63,915 nucleotides of DNA, filler included, from Folioceros fuciformis (GCA_049999805.1; 12 parts of 12 records of this genome joined end to end with filler, not necessarily neighbours in it); one strand, 5' to 3'; counted from the whole stretch's first letter, positions 22,914-34,778 are shown. Program-made: numbers and translations. Notes: generated by a model not told the origin, from the letters alone.

Positions 22914-24198
22914 TGTGGAGGCAAAACCCCGGGCACTGATTGCCAACGGGTTCCACCTTTAGTGGCCACACTTATCCCACTGTCATTGAGACATTGGGTT
23001 TCGTTCCCACGAAGGAGCGATGGGGTTCCTTGCTGCTGTGGATGGAGGGTCGGACTTGATCGACTCGATGACGGATTCGAGGGCTCCCCTCCAGCTCCGA
23101 TCAGGCGTAGGACAGGCCTCGCTGTCCAGCGGTCAGCTGCACCTCTCTCGGTGCCCACAAACTCACTCCAGTCACTACAACGACTCTAACCTCTCAGATC
23201 TGCAACTTCCCTCACACACTTCACTCACTCCCTCACTCCAGCACCAACACCAGCAACTACCAGCAACCAGCAACGACACCACTACCTTCTACACTTCCCT
23301 ACGGACTCCTCCTACCCGGCAAGAGTCACTAGACTAACCCCAAACAAAAGGAAGAAGGGAACACACTCCCCTCTTGGGTATCTCCTCCCCACAACCTTAC
23401 CAGACGCCATGAGACATGGCCGGCCTACAGCACTTGACCAAGCAAGGAACAAGAGTGGACAGGTCGAGAGAAAGACACATCCTTTACAATCAAGAGCTAG
23501 GGGCAAGCCCCTACACCCTGGTCATTACACCTTGTGATCCTACCAGACACTATACAACAGGCAACACGCTGCCCGCGATCCTACCAGACATTGTACAGCC
23601 GGCAACACGCTGCCTGCGATCCTACCAGACACTGTATAGCCGGCAACACACGGCTTGCGATCCTACCAGACGTTGCACAGCCGGCAACACACTACAGGTC
23701 CTAGACCAAGCAGGAACAGACCACAAGAGCTCAGGAAGAGAGGACCTCCAAGAGCTCACAAAGAGATAGACTGACTCCCAAAGTGAATGACTCCCTCCTC
23801 CTACATGCTCACCTGATCTTATAGGAGCCTCTCTCTCTCTCTCTCTGACTTCACCTCTCTCTAACTTGAGAAATATTATTTTAATAGCCTAGCCAGCTCC
23901 GTCACCAGCCACTTATTTAGACTTCTAGCACATCCTGCCACCAATGAGCTGCTGGCCCTACCACCACAAGGATCTACCACCTCTTAGACTATCCTGAGAC
24001 TTCAGAGGATGTCTGATCTTGAAAGATCTGGGGACGCCGCCTCTTCCTTGCTGGATGGTCGCCCGCTAAGTCTTTCCCTGCAACTGTTCACCCTTGGTGG
24101 CTGCGCCAGCCTCCAGGGAAGGAGCATGAGCAATGGGAAAGATAGAGAAGAGGTGGGAAGGAGTGGGATCAGCAGCCGGAACCTAGCCTGAAAACGGT
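22914..24198 (-). repeat. LTR family B copy
   Basis: TGTGGA terminus at 22914 interrupts copia; 22914-23175 is the near-identical reverse complement of 54446-54708; TATAAG on minus near 23820. Confidence 0.8.
23536..23700. repeat. 41-bp tandem repeat, 4 copies, inside LTR B
   Basis: gatcctaccagac...ggcaacac units at 23536, 23577, 23618, 23659. Confidence 0.95.
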
Positions 24199-24298
24199 NN
24201 NNNNNNNNNNNNNNNNNNNNNNNNNNNNNNNNNNNNNNNNNNTTAATTAATTAANNNNNNNNNNNNNNNNNNNNNNNNNNNNNNNNNNNNNNNNNNNN
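24199..24298. other. Artificial contig linker
   Basis: 44N-TTAATTAATTAA-44N. Confidence 0.99.
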
Positions 24299-24345
24299 GG
24301 CTCCGGCTCGAGTCATGCTTCGAGCAGGGAGGCTACGGTGGTGTG

Positions 24346-25403
24346 TGTGGAGTGATTTCTTGCACCTAAGAACCACCAAAGGGCCACACATCCCCTTATT
24401 ATCGTTGCAGTACTATGATTCGCTCCTAAGGGAGTGAACTAGTGTCAAGGTTTTCTACAATCTTCCCACACTGCCCTAATCTAACCCTATCTATCAGCCG
24501 ACTCCTAGCCCTAGCCTCACTACAGCAAAAAAGATTAGAATCCTTAGCCCTGTCTTCAACGCCAACCACAACTCCAGCTGAATGAGAACTCCAGCATCAT
24601 CTTCAGCCGCCTCAGCAACTGAGCGGAGGTCCCAGCCCTAGCCTTGGCCTCCACTCTCAGCCCTAAATGCTAGCCACCTCAGCAGCTGATTGAGAACTTT
24701 AGCACCTAAGCTCCTCACCTCAGCACACCAACTCCACACTCCAGCACTTCAAATCTCTACTCCAGCACTTCAGCTTTTCAACCCTTCATCCCTTCACCCT
24801 CACGGTTCACTCCTAGATTTTGGAACACAACAGCCCCTCACTTGCAGTCCTTGAGGCAGGGATGTGCAGACCCAGGCTGCATAGCCTCCTTGGCTCACAG
24901 CCCTGCAATCCGTCACCTTGGAAACCCCTTAGGGACGTCAAGGTACCCCAACCACCCAACCAGCATGCAAGAAAGGTTAGCCCTTGCGGATCTAGCCACC
25001 CAGATCTCAGCAATTTTGGGAGCCGCCACGTTCCCCTAGTGGCATGGGGAATCAAGGCCAAGGTGCATCTGCACACTGGATTAACCCTCTAACCCAGCAG
25101 CCTGCACACAAGGTCAAGGGAGCTCTCACAAAAAAAACCTGCCCCCTCAATAACAGGCCTGGCTTCTTATACTCCCTTGGCCCAGAACCCCTATCACTGC
25201 CTAACCAGGTCAGCACACCTTAGATAGAACCCTCCACTTGTCAAAACCCTAAACCTAAGTTTGACCTAATCCTAACCCTAACTCTGATCTAACTCTAATC
25301 TAACTGAACCTTCTAACCTTTCCTCTACAACACTCACTCACAGATCCTAAAAAAAAGGGAACCCATCATTTCCCACGGGTCTGTTTAGCATGTGGAGTCC
25401 ACA
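24346..25403 (-). repeat. Full-length LTR family A (about 1.06 kb)
   Basis: TGTGGA...TCCACA termini; each end coincides with the homology breakpoint of another copy (8025, 55996); no TSD. Confidence 0.85.
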
Positions 25404-26950
25404 TCCTCCATGGTTCTACAATCAAGAACTTGCCTCCAAACCCCTTGACTATAACTTCTCGACATATTGTTCTCCTAACATTTGACTACATGTAGGATGG
25501 TTCCTATCCAACGTTATGACTCCCTCTTGACAAACTTAGGACTCTTGCCACCCCTTCTTGGCTGGTCTCCCCTATCCTTTGACCCTCTTGGAATAACTAT
25601 CTAGTGAATTCTCCAATAGCTGATGTGTGGTTAGGAGCAATTGGCACCTTGTTATCATGCAGGTCATCATCCTCCCCCACGTTAGTGTGAAAACACTTCA
25701 CTTCCGCACCTTCTCTCACCATCTTGACAGGTTGTCCTATCCCCATGTAGACTCCTGTATTACTAGAGATATTATCTCCAACACTGCCAAATGTGTGTAC
25801 TATGGATGGTCCTATTGTCTCCCCTTTGTAAGGAGCTTTACTCCAAGAGAGAACTAATGTTTTTGGACATCCTGGCTCCCTAGACTTAAGGGTTGCTCCC
25901 TTCTTACCAAAGTCAAACACACAGGCTATCCCATACTATCATGGCCACCCAACTAACACCTTATAACCTAGGTCAGACACTAGCCTCGTCATCAAGTAGA
26001 CCAGGTTGAAAGGTGATCGCATCTTCGTAGGCACATCCCTTAGCAATTCGAGAGGCTTCCTCTTGGAGTGGTTTGCCATCCTAAGGTACACCTAGACAAG
26101 GCTAAACTCTTTACAACCCAAGCAGTGTGCAATGTCCTCCATCATGAGATTGACATCAAACCCTCCACCCTAACCTAACTCAAACCCTGTGTCCAACGGT
26201 AACTTAGGAACCAAACATCCTACTATCTCCACCTCTATTTTAGGTGCTCCACTGTCAGCCAACTCTAGTGAATTCACCCATGCATGTCCAGGCTTCCCCT
26301 TAAGTGGCTTTGGTATCCCACATATTACTTCCTTCACAACCTTCCTGGTATTGGGATTGACAAACAAGAGTTGTCTCAATTTGACCACATTGTCAAACTT
26401 CTGATCCAACAAGTCATCAGCAAAGCCTAAAACCTTCAAGGCTAGTACTTCCCTTGCCGTAGCTGTCTTAGGAGAGCTATCCCCTACATTCTCTTCTGGA
26501 CCACTTGTGTTGTCCCCCTCCTATCCCTCGGTCAGGGGAGGTTCACCCTCCACCACTCTTGTCACTAGAGGGTCTCAAAATGTAACCCCTTTGGGGCGCC
26601 GCATTAGCCTATTCTCCTCTTCCTCCATTATCACAACAACCTCCCTACTAATGTCAGGTGGAAAAAAAGTTTCATTAGGCCCTCTTGCAAACAGTTTTGC
26701 TTCCTGTCACCTTGATAGCTCGACTTCCTTTCCAAGTGACACATCCTTTTGCACCTCTTGGACATGTGCTTTTTCCTTAGTCTCAACTGGTCTAGGAGTA
26801 CAATCACGTTTCTCCCTCCTTCTCCTTCTTTCCAATCTCTCCAAACGACTCTCGTTATTGCGATCACAACGTGTTGAGCGTGTAGTGACCTTTGCCACCG
26901 TGGCCTCTTCTGACCAATGTGGTTTGCACTTGCCACGGTAATAGTAATCT
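25404..26950 (-). pseudogene. Highly degenerate gypsy gag-protease region
   Basis: Minus translation GGGFDVNLM...LRMANHSKRKPLELLRDVP...YKVLVGWP is a decayed DGGSxVN protease; many stops. Confidence 0.65.
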
Positions 26951-27004
26951 CCACATTAGAAGGCATTTCTCCGATGGTGCTTCAGCAATCCTCCCTCCTA
27001 ATGT

Positions 27005-27080
27005 AGTTAGAAATAATAGCAAACCACATTGGTCTTGTACCAATATGGTTAAGAAGCTAGACCTAGCAATTAGTATAGGG
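27005..27080 (+). repeat. Partial copy of the AG...CT copia LTR
   Basis: Starts AGTTAGAAATA and aligns with 27260-27335. Confidence 0.8.
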
Positions 27081-27259
27081 GTATTTTTTATTATTGAAAA
27101 AGAGATGAAAAGTCCCATCTACTCCAAAGATTGGAGAAACAACTTGAGTAGGGCTAAAGGCCAAAAGGGGTACTAGCCCTTCGAACATCATTCTCAAAAA
27201 CTAGTCAAGAGCATAATGACTTGGGATCCTACAATTATAACAACACCTCACTGGTACTC

Positions 27260-27462
27260 AGTTAGAAATAAAAGCAGACCACGTTGGTTCTGTACCAATA
27301 TGGTTAGTCAGCAAGACCTAGCAGTTAGTATAGGTAGTTAGCTAGGCTAGCAAAAGGACACACCCCTTACAAGACCACCTATAAAAGCCCACCTATGAAC
27401 ACACTTAATTCATTGTTAATATAGCATCTTTGCTTAAGAAGCTTCTGCATGCAATTCTAACT
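27260..27462 (+). repeat. Copia 5' LTR with AGTTAGAA...TTCTAACT termini
   Basis: 8-bp terminal inverted repeat, TATAAAA inside, directly followed by a PBS; homologous to 31957-32163. Confidence 0.92.
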
Positions 27463-27474
27463 TGGTATTAGAGC
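27463..27474 (+). promoter_or_regulatory. Primer binding site (tRNA-iMet)
   Basis: TGGTATTAGAGC abutting the LTR end. Confidence 0.9.
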
Positions 27475-27884
27475 CTCGACTCCTACCATGGTCTCTAGGT
27501 TCAATGGCCAGACTTTATACGTATCATTACCTAGGTGAGCCATGGACGTTTGAAGCTCCATGTGCTTGCTTATGGTTAGAAGAAAGTGATACGTTGTTTT
27601 GGATAGCATATTGGTTCTATCTCACTACAAAAAAGGAGCTATGATGAGGTCTTCATCGTCGCTTCCATGCGATTTAATAGACGAGCTTTCTCAAGCCCCG
27701 TAATGAATTTAGTTTGTCTATATTTATATAACTTAAATTTATTGTCTTCTATTTTTATACAAGTTTAGGAATAGGGCAGTTGCACCCTCAGGCGAATCGT
27801 TATCCAACTTAAGTTAGATAACGGGCGCCCCCGAACGGGTGCCACCAGTTCAACGGAATGGGGCAACCAAGGGTACGGAACGGG

Positions 27885-27905
27885 TTTAGGGTTTAGGGTT
27901 TAGGG
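27885..27905 (+). repeat. (TTTAGGG)3 plant telomere-type motif
   Basis: Three exact tandem copies. Confidence 0.85.
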
Positions 27906-30391
27906 TTCAAACCCTGAAACGTTTCGTTTCAACCCTAAACGAAACGGCACACCCGTTCTGCGAACGGGTGTCACCCCTGTTATGTCGAACGGGGCCCCTA
28001 ATACTTTTTCTTATGCTCCTGATAATTGTTTTTCAGGCTCTTTTCCACCAGAAACTAGTGACGATTTTGGTGGCAATCCTCCTCAACTCCGACAGTTTTT
28101 GGCTATGCAATGTGTGCCTCCTACACACTATTTCAACACTGGGACATTGTTAATACCTGCCACCGTAACTGTTAAGGAGGAACCAAGATCATCCTCCCCT
28201 ACTTTCGAGACTTTGGAAGCTGCCTACAAGGAGTTCAAGTACAATGAGGACCAAGCCCAAGCTTCTACTCAAGAGCACGCTCTCTTCATTATCAAAACCT
28301 CTGGTAGTCGATCACACATATCAGCACTAATCTTGTGAATGTTGTTGAAACTGTTCGGCAAATTGAGACAAGCTTTGATAAGGCGAGTGTTTTGAAAAAC
28401 AATCTTGGAGCACAGGATTCAGCTGATGCATGGTAGGTGGCTGGTGTGAGTAAGATTGCTTTGAACTCCCCTAGAAAATTTTTTGCTCACACTACATTTG
28501 TGTTTTTCTGAGCCTTGTGTCACAATACGTTGCTCGTTCACACAATTGTGGAGCCAAGGATTTGACCATGTCAAGAGGCACTCCACCACCACCACCACCT
28601 CCGCCATCTCTGGCTCTTGTGATTAATGGTATGAACGTCTCTATTGACTTTAAAGAGAGAGATCGGTTCAACGAGACCAAATATGAGATTTGGTCTCGAC
28701 GCTCTCAATTTGCGCGATCTTCTCCCACTGGTGGAGGGTGTTTCCCCAAAGCCTACCGCACCTCAGTCAACGGTTGATGCTTGGCTCAAGCTGGATCGTC
28801 AAGCCATGCAAATGCTGGTTTCTTGCCTTGATGAAACCACCTTGCATCACACCGATGGTGCAACTACTTCAGCAGAGGCCTGGAAGCAGATCAATGACAT
28901 CTATCAGTCAACGAATGTGATGACTTTGGTCACCGTTCGACAAGAGTTCTACACTCTTCGGATGCAACAAGGTGATAGTGTTGCCCATCACGTGAGCCGA
29001 TTCAAGTATCTTCGGGCACAATTGGCTGCATTGGGGACTACAATGTCTGAATTTGATGCTGCTGTCCAGCTGCTAGCTAGCCTTCCGGCTAGTTATCAGT
29101 CGTTCGTCTCTTCCCAAAACCAGTTGGTCCAAATTTCATAACAAGCAGTGGCGACTGGTGGACAATCCACGCTAACTATGTCCTAGCTTGCTAGCGCGCT
29201 CCTTCAGGAGGAGGCATTTCGCTTCAACTCTAGCACATCTAAACATGGTGGAGAGCGAGTGATGTTTGTGGCTCGAGGACGGTCACAAAATCAACAACAG
29301 AAGAGAGGGACTAACCCCCGGAGAAACAACAACTCCCGCACATCAAAGGCTGCTCCTTCTGCCGCTTCCTCCTCCAAGCCTACAAAATGTCAAGGGACAT
29401 GCAATTGGTGTCAGTCACCCGGCCATTGGGAGCGGGAGTGCAGAAAGAAGCAAGCCGGTGAGGCCAAGCGTGAGATCAAGACAGCTAATACAGCTGTCTT
29501 TTCCAAGGCCAAGACCCAGTCCAAGTCTGAGATTGCTTTAACCGTGTGCCAAGCTCCTTGCCATGACTCAGCAGGACTTGTATCGAGATAAGTTGCCCTC
29601 CTTGGCCAAGACACCACCTCTTTGTGAAGCGTGTGTGCTTGCCAAGCAGCGGAGCTCTCCCTACTCAAGTCTTCCTGCTCATAGGGTTTCTCAGCCTTTG
29701 GAGTTAGTTCACGTAGACTTGTGTGGACCTCTCCCTGTTACTTCTTTAGGCGGAGCACGCCATTTTATGACGATAGTGGATGATTATTCCCGCTACTCTT
29801 TGGCGTACCCGCTTTGTCTCAAGAGTGACTCCTTTGCTGTGTTCTCACCTTTTGTTTCTACGGCCGAGTTGCACACTGGCTGCAAGCTACGGTGCATCAG
29901 ATCCGATAATGCGGGAGAACTCAACAACCATTAGTTCAAAGACTAATGTGAGGCGTGTGGGATCTTGAGACAATTCACTGTTCCCTACACTTCTGCTCAT
30001 AATGGCATTGCTAAGAAGGCCAATGGCGATTTTATGGCCATGGCGTGGGCTATGTTAGCCTAGCCTCGCTTGCCTAAGTCTTTTTGGGCTGAGGCAATCT
30101 CTACGGCAGCCTACATCAAGAATAGGTTACTGACCAAGTCCGTTGTTGGCCGTACTCCTTTCGAGTGTTGGCATGGGTACAAGCCTTTGATCACCCATTT
30201 GCACGTCTTTGGCTCTCCTGCTTATGCCTATGTCCCCTCCCAGCTTCGTGATAAGCTTTCTTCCCGAGCACGGAAGCTAGTGTTTGTGGGTTATAGTGAA
30301 GATCGCAAGGCGTACAAGTTGATGGACGTGGCTACTTGGACTCTTGTTTATGCTCGAACTGTCACTTTTGACGAGGCTAGTATTCTCTCTT

Positions 30392-30491
30392 NNNNNNNNN
30401 NNNNNNNNNNNNNNNNNNNNNNNNNNNNNNNNNNNTTAATTAATTAANNNNNNNNNNNNNNNNNNNNNNNNNNNNNNNNNNNNNNNNNNNN
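30392..30491. other. Artificial contig linker
   Basis: 44N-TTAATTAATTAA-44N. Confidence 0.99.
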
Positions 30492-32163
30492 ACATGGATC
30501 AACCTGAGGATTATCAGGATAAGAGATTCCCACAAAAGGTGTGTAAACTCCTTCGATCTATTTATGGGCTAAAACAAAGTCCTCGACTGTGGTACAAGAG
30601 AATTGACTCTTATCTTAAGAAGATTGGCTTCGTGCAAAGCGAAGCAGATACTAACTTGTATGTGCTCCAAAAGGACAACTCACTTATTTTAATAGCATTA
30701 TACGTGGATGACTTAGTTATCCCCGGTAATAATGTGGAGCTGGTTAACCAAATCAAGGCTGATCTCAGCAAAGAGTTTGAAATGAAAGATTTGGGTCAAG
30801 TTAAATACATTCTTGGGATGCACGTACACAAAGACAGGTCCTCTGGAGCTATCTACCTTCATCAAGGTCGATATGTAGCTGGGATGCTCAAGAGGTTCAA
30901 CTTGGAGAATGCACGAGCAGCTGTCACCCCAGGTGCTGTTGGAGTTAAGCTCTCCTCGTCGTCTTGTCCACAGTCTGACGAAGAGAAAAAGGAAATGGAG
31001 AGTGTGCCTTATCGTATGGCGGTCGGCTCCCTCATGTTTCTAAGCAATTGGACTAGACCAGACATATCTAATACTGTTAATGCAGTTGCGCAATTCTTTG
31101 AGAACCCAGGAAGGTATCACTGGGTAGCACTTAAAAGAATTATGCGGTACCTCAAGGGTACTCCTAACTATGGTCTCTGCTTCAAGCCCAGTGGCAAAGG
31201 AGTCTACAATTGACTTGCTATGTCGATGCAGATGGGCTTCCGATGCAGATACTCGAAAGAGTCTTTCGGCCTATTGCTTCCTTGCCGGCTCCACAGTTGT
31301 GAATTGGTCTTGTAGAAAACAAGCCTCTATATCTTTGTCCTCCACGGAATCGGAGTACAAAGCTCTCACAGAAGCTACAAAGGAGGCAGAGTGGGAAAGG
31401 AAGTGATGCGAAGACTTAGGTATGCAACAAGCTGGACCTACGATTATTAACTGTGATAATATGTCAGCCATCGCCCTAGTCTCCAACCCTGTGTTTCATG
31501 CCCGTACTAAGCACATCGAGATTCAACATCACTATGTTAGAGATGCTGCTGAGAGGGGCTTAGTGAAGATACAGTATGTGTCAACAGATGATAATACGGC
31601 TGATGTTTTGACAAAGTCTTTGCCCAAGTTTAAACACTGTTTCCACAGAGAAGGGCTAGGACTTTTAGATTGTAGTAGCTATGTGACGCTACACAAATCA
31701 CACATCTGGTGAGGCTTTCCGTGGTTGCTCCGTCGCCACCAAAGATAACTTAATTAGAGGACTCGCTTCCACTCTGGTCATGACTGGTGCTCAACTACGT
31801 GAGTTGTTGTCGACGACAGACTCAGCGTCAGCAAGTGCGACTAGAAGATGTGACAGTCGAGTTGAAGATGGTAGCCTTCCTGTGCTCGTTATTCTTAGTG
31901 GTGATCTCCGTTTCTTAGCTTGGAGCCCTCAGAACAGTAACGTGTCTGAGAGGGAGAGTTAGAAATATTAGCAGACCACGTTGGTTCTGTGCCAATATGG
32001 TTAGTCAGCTAGACCTAGCAATTAATATAGGTAGTTAGCTGAGGTAGTGAAAGGACACATCCCTTGAGGAGACCACCTATAAAAGCCCACCTATGAACAC
32101 ACTTGTTTAACTTTTGTTTATATAGCATCTTTGTTCAAGACGCTTCCGCATGCAATTCTAACT
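30492..32163 (+). mobile_element. Ty1/copia 3' half (RT, RNase H, PPT, 3' LTR)
   Basis: SIYGLKQSPRLW, LYVDDLVI, TRPDIS, RTKHIEIQHHYVR; PPT GAGAGGGAG at 31948-31956. Confidence 0.95.
31957..32163 (+). repeat. Copia 3' LTR with AGTTAGAA...TTCTAACT termini
   Basis: Follows the PPT; homologous to 27260-27462. Confidence 0.92.
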
Positions 32164-32227
32164 CATCTTCTAACGTGAGATCTGTGTTGTCATGCAGTTT
32201 GAAAACACAAGTGCCTTTGCCTTCTAT

Positions 32228-33397
32228 TTACAAGCTGGACTTACTCTGCTCATCACCTAGCAGCACCTTGTTATGGACATGCACAAGGTCTAGGGTGGAG
32301 AACAACTCCTTATCCTTACAGATGTGTGTTGTAGCTCCAGAGTCCAGATACCAGCAGCCATCATCGTGAAGAGAACTTGACAAGCAAACAGTAAGAATTT
32401 TTACTGGTGCCTTGTCAACATTCTGCTTCTCTTTTACAGCAACATTGGCATGTGGCTGCTTCTGTGGCTCACCTGCCTTGCATTTGCGGCACTCTCGTGC
32501 CCAGTGGCCAGGAGTTCCACACCAATTGCAGGTGCCGGAACGTTTGGTGGAAGAGCTGGCAGATTCAGAGCGACCAGAAGAGCTTCCACCTTGATTTCCC
32601 CCTCTGAACTTAGACTTGCCTTTAGGAGGTCTAAAATTCACAGCCAAGGCCTTCTCAGGTCGTGCTGCTTTAGAAACAACAAAGCCATGAAGCAGCCTTG
32701 CTTGCTCTTCCTGGTAGAGTGCTCCAATCACTTCCTCAACAGTGGGGGCGTTGGCAGCAACTACACCAGGTTTGATGGAGGCATTTTGGCTGGTAATGAA
32801 ATTTTTGTATGAAGGAGGGAGGCTAATGAGCAGCTGGGACACAGCCTCAACTTCAGGCATCTTGTTGCTAGTCAACGACGTGATCTGGGCTCTCAATTGC
32901 TGAAACTTGCTTGTGTGAGTTGCTATCTTTTCTCCTTCCTTCATTTTCAATGAGTAGAATTGCATCCTGACAGCTGATAGTGACATCATATTTGTGGAGT
33001 GGTAGGTAGTCTCCAATTGATCCCAAATTTCCTTGGGCGATGTCGAGAATTCAACATCAGGGACAAGGTCTGCAATTAAAGCATTGATGAGCAAAGCCAT
33101 GGCTACACTATTGTGGTACTCCCACTTAGCGTATTCATCTGGCTTTGATTTGGGGTCAAGCTTTTGAAAGCTCCCATCAACACTTGTCCACACACCTCTG
33201 ACAATAAGGACAGCCTTCATTCGGACTCTCCAGACCTGGTAACCGGTCCCACTGAAGCGGTCCTTTCCTTTGACATCTGATGTGAAAGATGTAGAAGGGG
33301 TAGCCATGATGGGTGGTTGGAGTGGAGGGTTTGCAGGTTGTAACGTAAGATTGTTTAAGTTATTAATGAGGGCGTTCAGGTGGGCTTCAACGGACAT
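32228..33397 (-). CDS. Copia Gag plus protease start (premature stop)
   Basis: 389-aa ORF: RFSGTGYQVWRVRMKA, CNWCGTPGHWAREC, WYLDSGATTHIC. Confidence 0.9.
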   Translation of the reverse strand: MSVEAHLNALINNLNNLTLQPANPPLQPPIMATPSTSFTSDVKGKDRFSGTGYQVWRVRMKAVLIVRGVWTSVDGSFQKLDPKSKPDEYAKWEYHNSVAMALLINALIADLVPDVEFSTSPKEIWDQLETTYHSTNMMSLSAVRMQFYSLKMKEGEKIATHTSKFQQLRAQITSLTSNKMPEVEAVSQLLISLPPSYKNFITSQNASIKPGVVAANAPTVEEVIGALYQEEQARLLHGFVVSKAARPEKALAVNFRPPKGKSKFRGGNQGGSSSGRSESASSSTKRSGTCNWCGTPGHWARECRKCKAGEPQKQPHANVAVKEKQNVDKAPVKILTVCLSSSLHDDGCWYLDSGATTHICKDKELFSTLDLVHVHNKVLLGDEQSKSSL

Positions 33398-33866
33398 GAA
33401 AAACTTGACGATTAAGAAGAACTATGGTTCTTCCTAATGCAGCTAAGTTCTCATTCATGCACTGCATTCAGATTTGTAGGAAACACTAACCAATTCATGC
33501 AGGAATGGAGTGCTGGGCTGCTCTACTGGAAATAAAGGTGCTAGCCAATATTGCTAGGATCAGGTCCTGCTGAGCTCCTCAACATGCTATTCGAGCATAC
33601 TTGTTGTGAAAGGTTGTGTCCATACCTGCAAACCCTAACTTGGATAACGGTTCATGAAAAGCCTTTAAAAATTAGGTTAAAAGCAAAAAACTAACCGTCA
33701 TGACCATCTGCTGAAGTGACAGGTACAAGTGGACCAATGTTTGCTGAAGAATGTTGTCTAATCAAAAGGTGCAGGGGAAGAATGCATCGATTCATATCAG
33801 GATGCAAGAGGAGCACTCTTGCACCTGCATGACCCCCGCTCTACAGCAGCGGAAGATTCACAATGC

Positions 33867-34565
33867 TCAAATAATCGAGCTTGATCCTGAATGAGAGCAA
33901 CCCTGTTCTCGCTCGTGAAGCCTCAAGTCAATCAATTTCATAAAATCAGATACGTCATTGATGTCTCTTGAGATTTCTTGTGTGCTCTCAGAAACGGCTT
34001 GCTCAATTTCAGGACGTCGTGTCAGAACTCTGTTCTTCAATAATTCTTGGTTTGTAATTACTTGTGATAGCAATTGTTGAACTCTGATTAGAAGAGATTT
34101 TGTACTTATGTCAAATCCTCTTCCAAATCCAGTGCAGGGGCTAACGCTTTCTCTGGCCTGTGTTGTTGCAGGCTGTTGCGTTGTAACTGATTTGTTGGAA
34201 GTACGTAGCGAAGGGTTTGATGCATAAAAAATAGGCGCTCTTAGAAAATCTGCTGGACTAGATGTTTCTGATCTAGGAGAGTAGTGCAAATCAGGGTTTT
34301 GCCCTCTCCTGTAACAACGGTCTCTATAGAGGCAATCAGCATCTCGATTTTAGTTTAAATGAAAATCAAATGCTCCTCTTCTACTATGTGATTCAGCAAG
34401 CCTCTGTAGCCAATGAGTGGGGTAGTTCTGTTCATAGATATCCAGCACCGTATCAGTATCGATTTGTGGTGGTGCCGTTTGTCTTGGTGGGTATCTTGCT
34501 TGTCGAGAATGTCTCGAGATCCCACCATGACTCGGACATCTAGATGAACCACCCACTCTCGGCAT
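33867..34565 (-). pseudogene. Extra ORF upstream of copia gag, unknown function (copy 1)
   Basis: ORFs 34350-34565 and 33867-34289 share peptide motifs with 38837-39118 and 38575-38925. Confidence 0.65.
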
Positions 34566-34597
34566 CTTCCAAGAATTGTATTAATAAACAGAGCATG

Positions 34598-34609
34598 GCT
34601 CTGATACCA
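34598..34609 (-). promoter_or_regulatory. Primer binding site (tRNA-iMet)
   Basis: TGGTATCAGAGC on minus, next to a CA LTR end. Confidence 0.9.
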
Positions 34610-34778
34610 TGTGTAAAATACGAGCGGAGGTGAAAGAATAACAAAAGCATAAAACAGGATTGATTATAATAAATGAGAGTACAAAATTGTTTAAATACTT
34701 TCTAGGTGACTGTTCATGTGTCAACCTTAGATAGCTTAACCTGTGTGTTAGGTTTAACTAAATCATTTATTTTTAATA

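Larger units (their letters stand above)
27260..30391 (+). mobile_element. Ty1/copia 5' half (LTR, PBS, 1.1-kb leader, gag, INT) lacking protease
   Basis: gag 28568-29560 with CNWCQSPGHWEREC; LVHVDLCGP, IRSDNAGE, FWAEAISTA, FVGYSEDRKAYKL. Confidence 0.92.
32164..34778 (-). mobile_element. Ty1/copia 5' half (LTR about 34612-34778, PBS, extra ORF, gag, PR)
   Basis: PBS at 34598-34609; gag-PR ORF 32228-33397; inserted into a MULE transposase. Confidence 0.9.

Noticed and set aside
27260-32163. Single intact copia spanning the linker at 30392
   Set aside because: The halves are on different contigs, the LTRs are visibly diverged and the flanks (TACTC vs CATCT) are not a TSD
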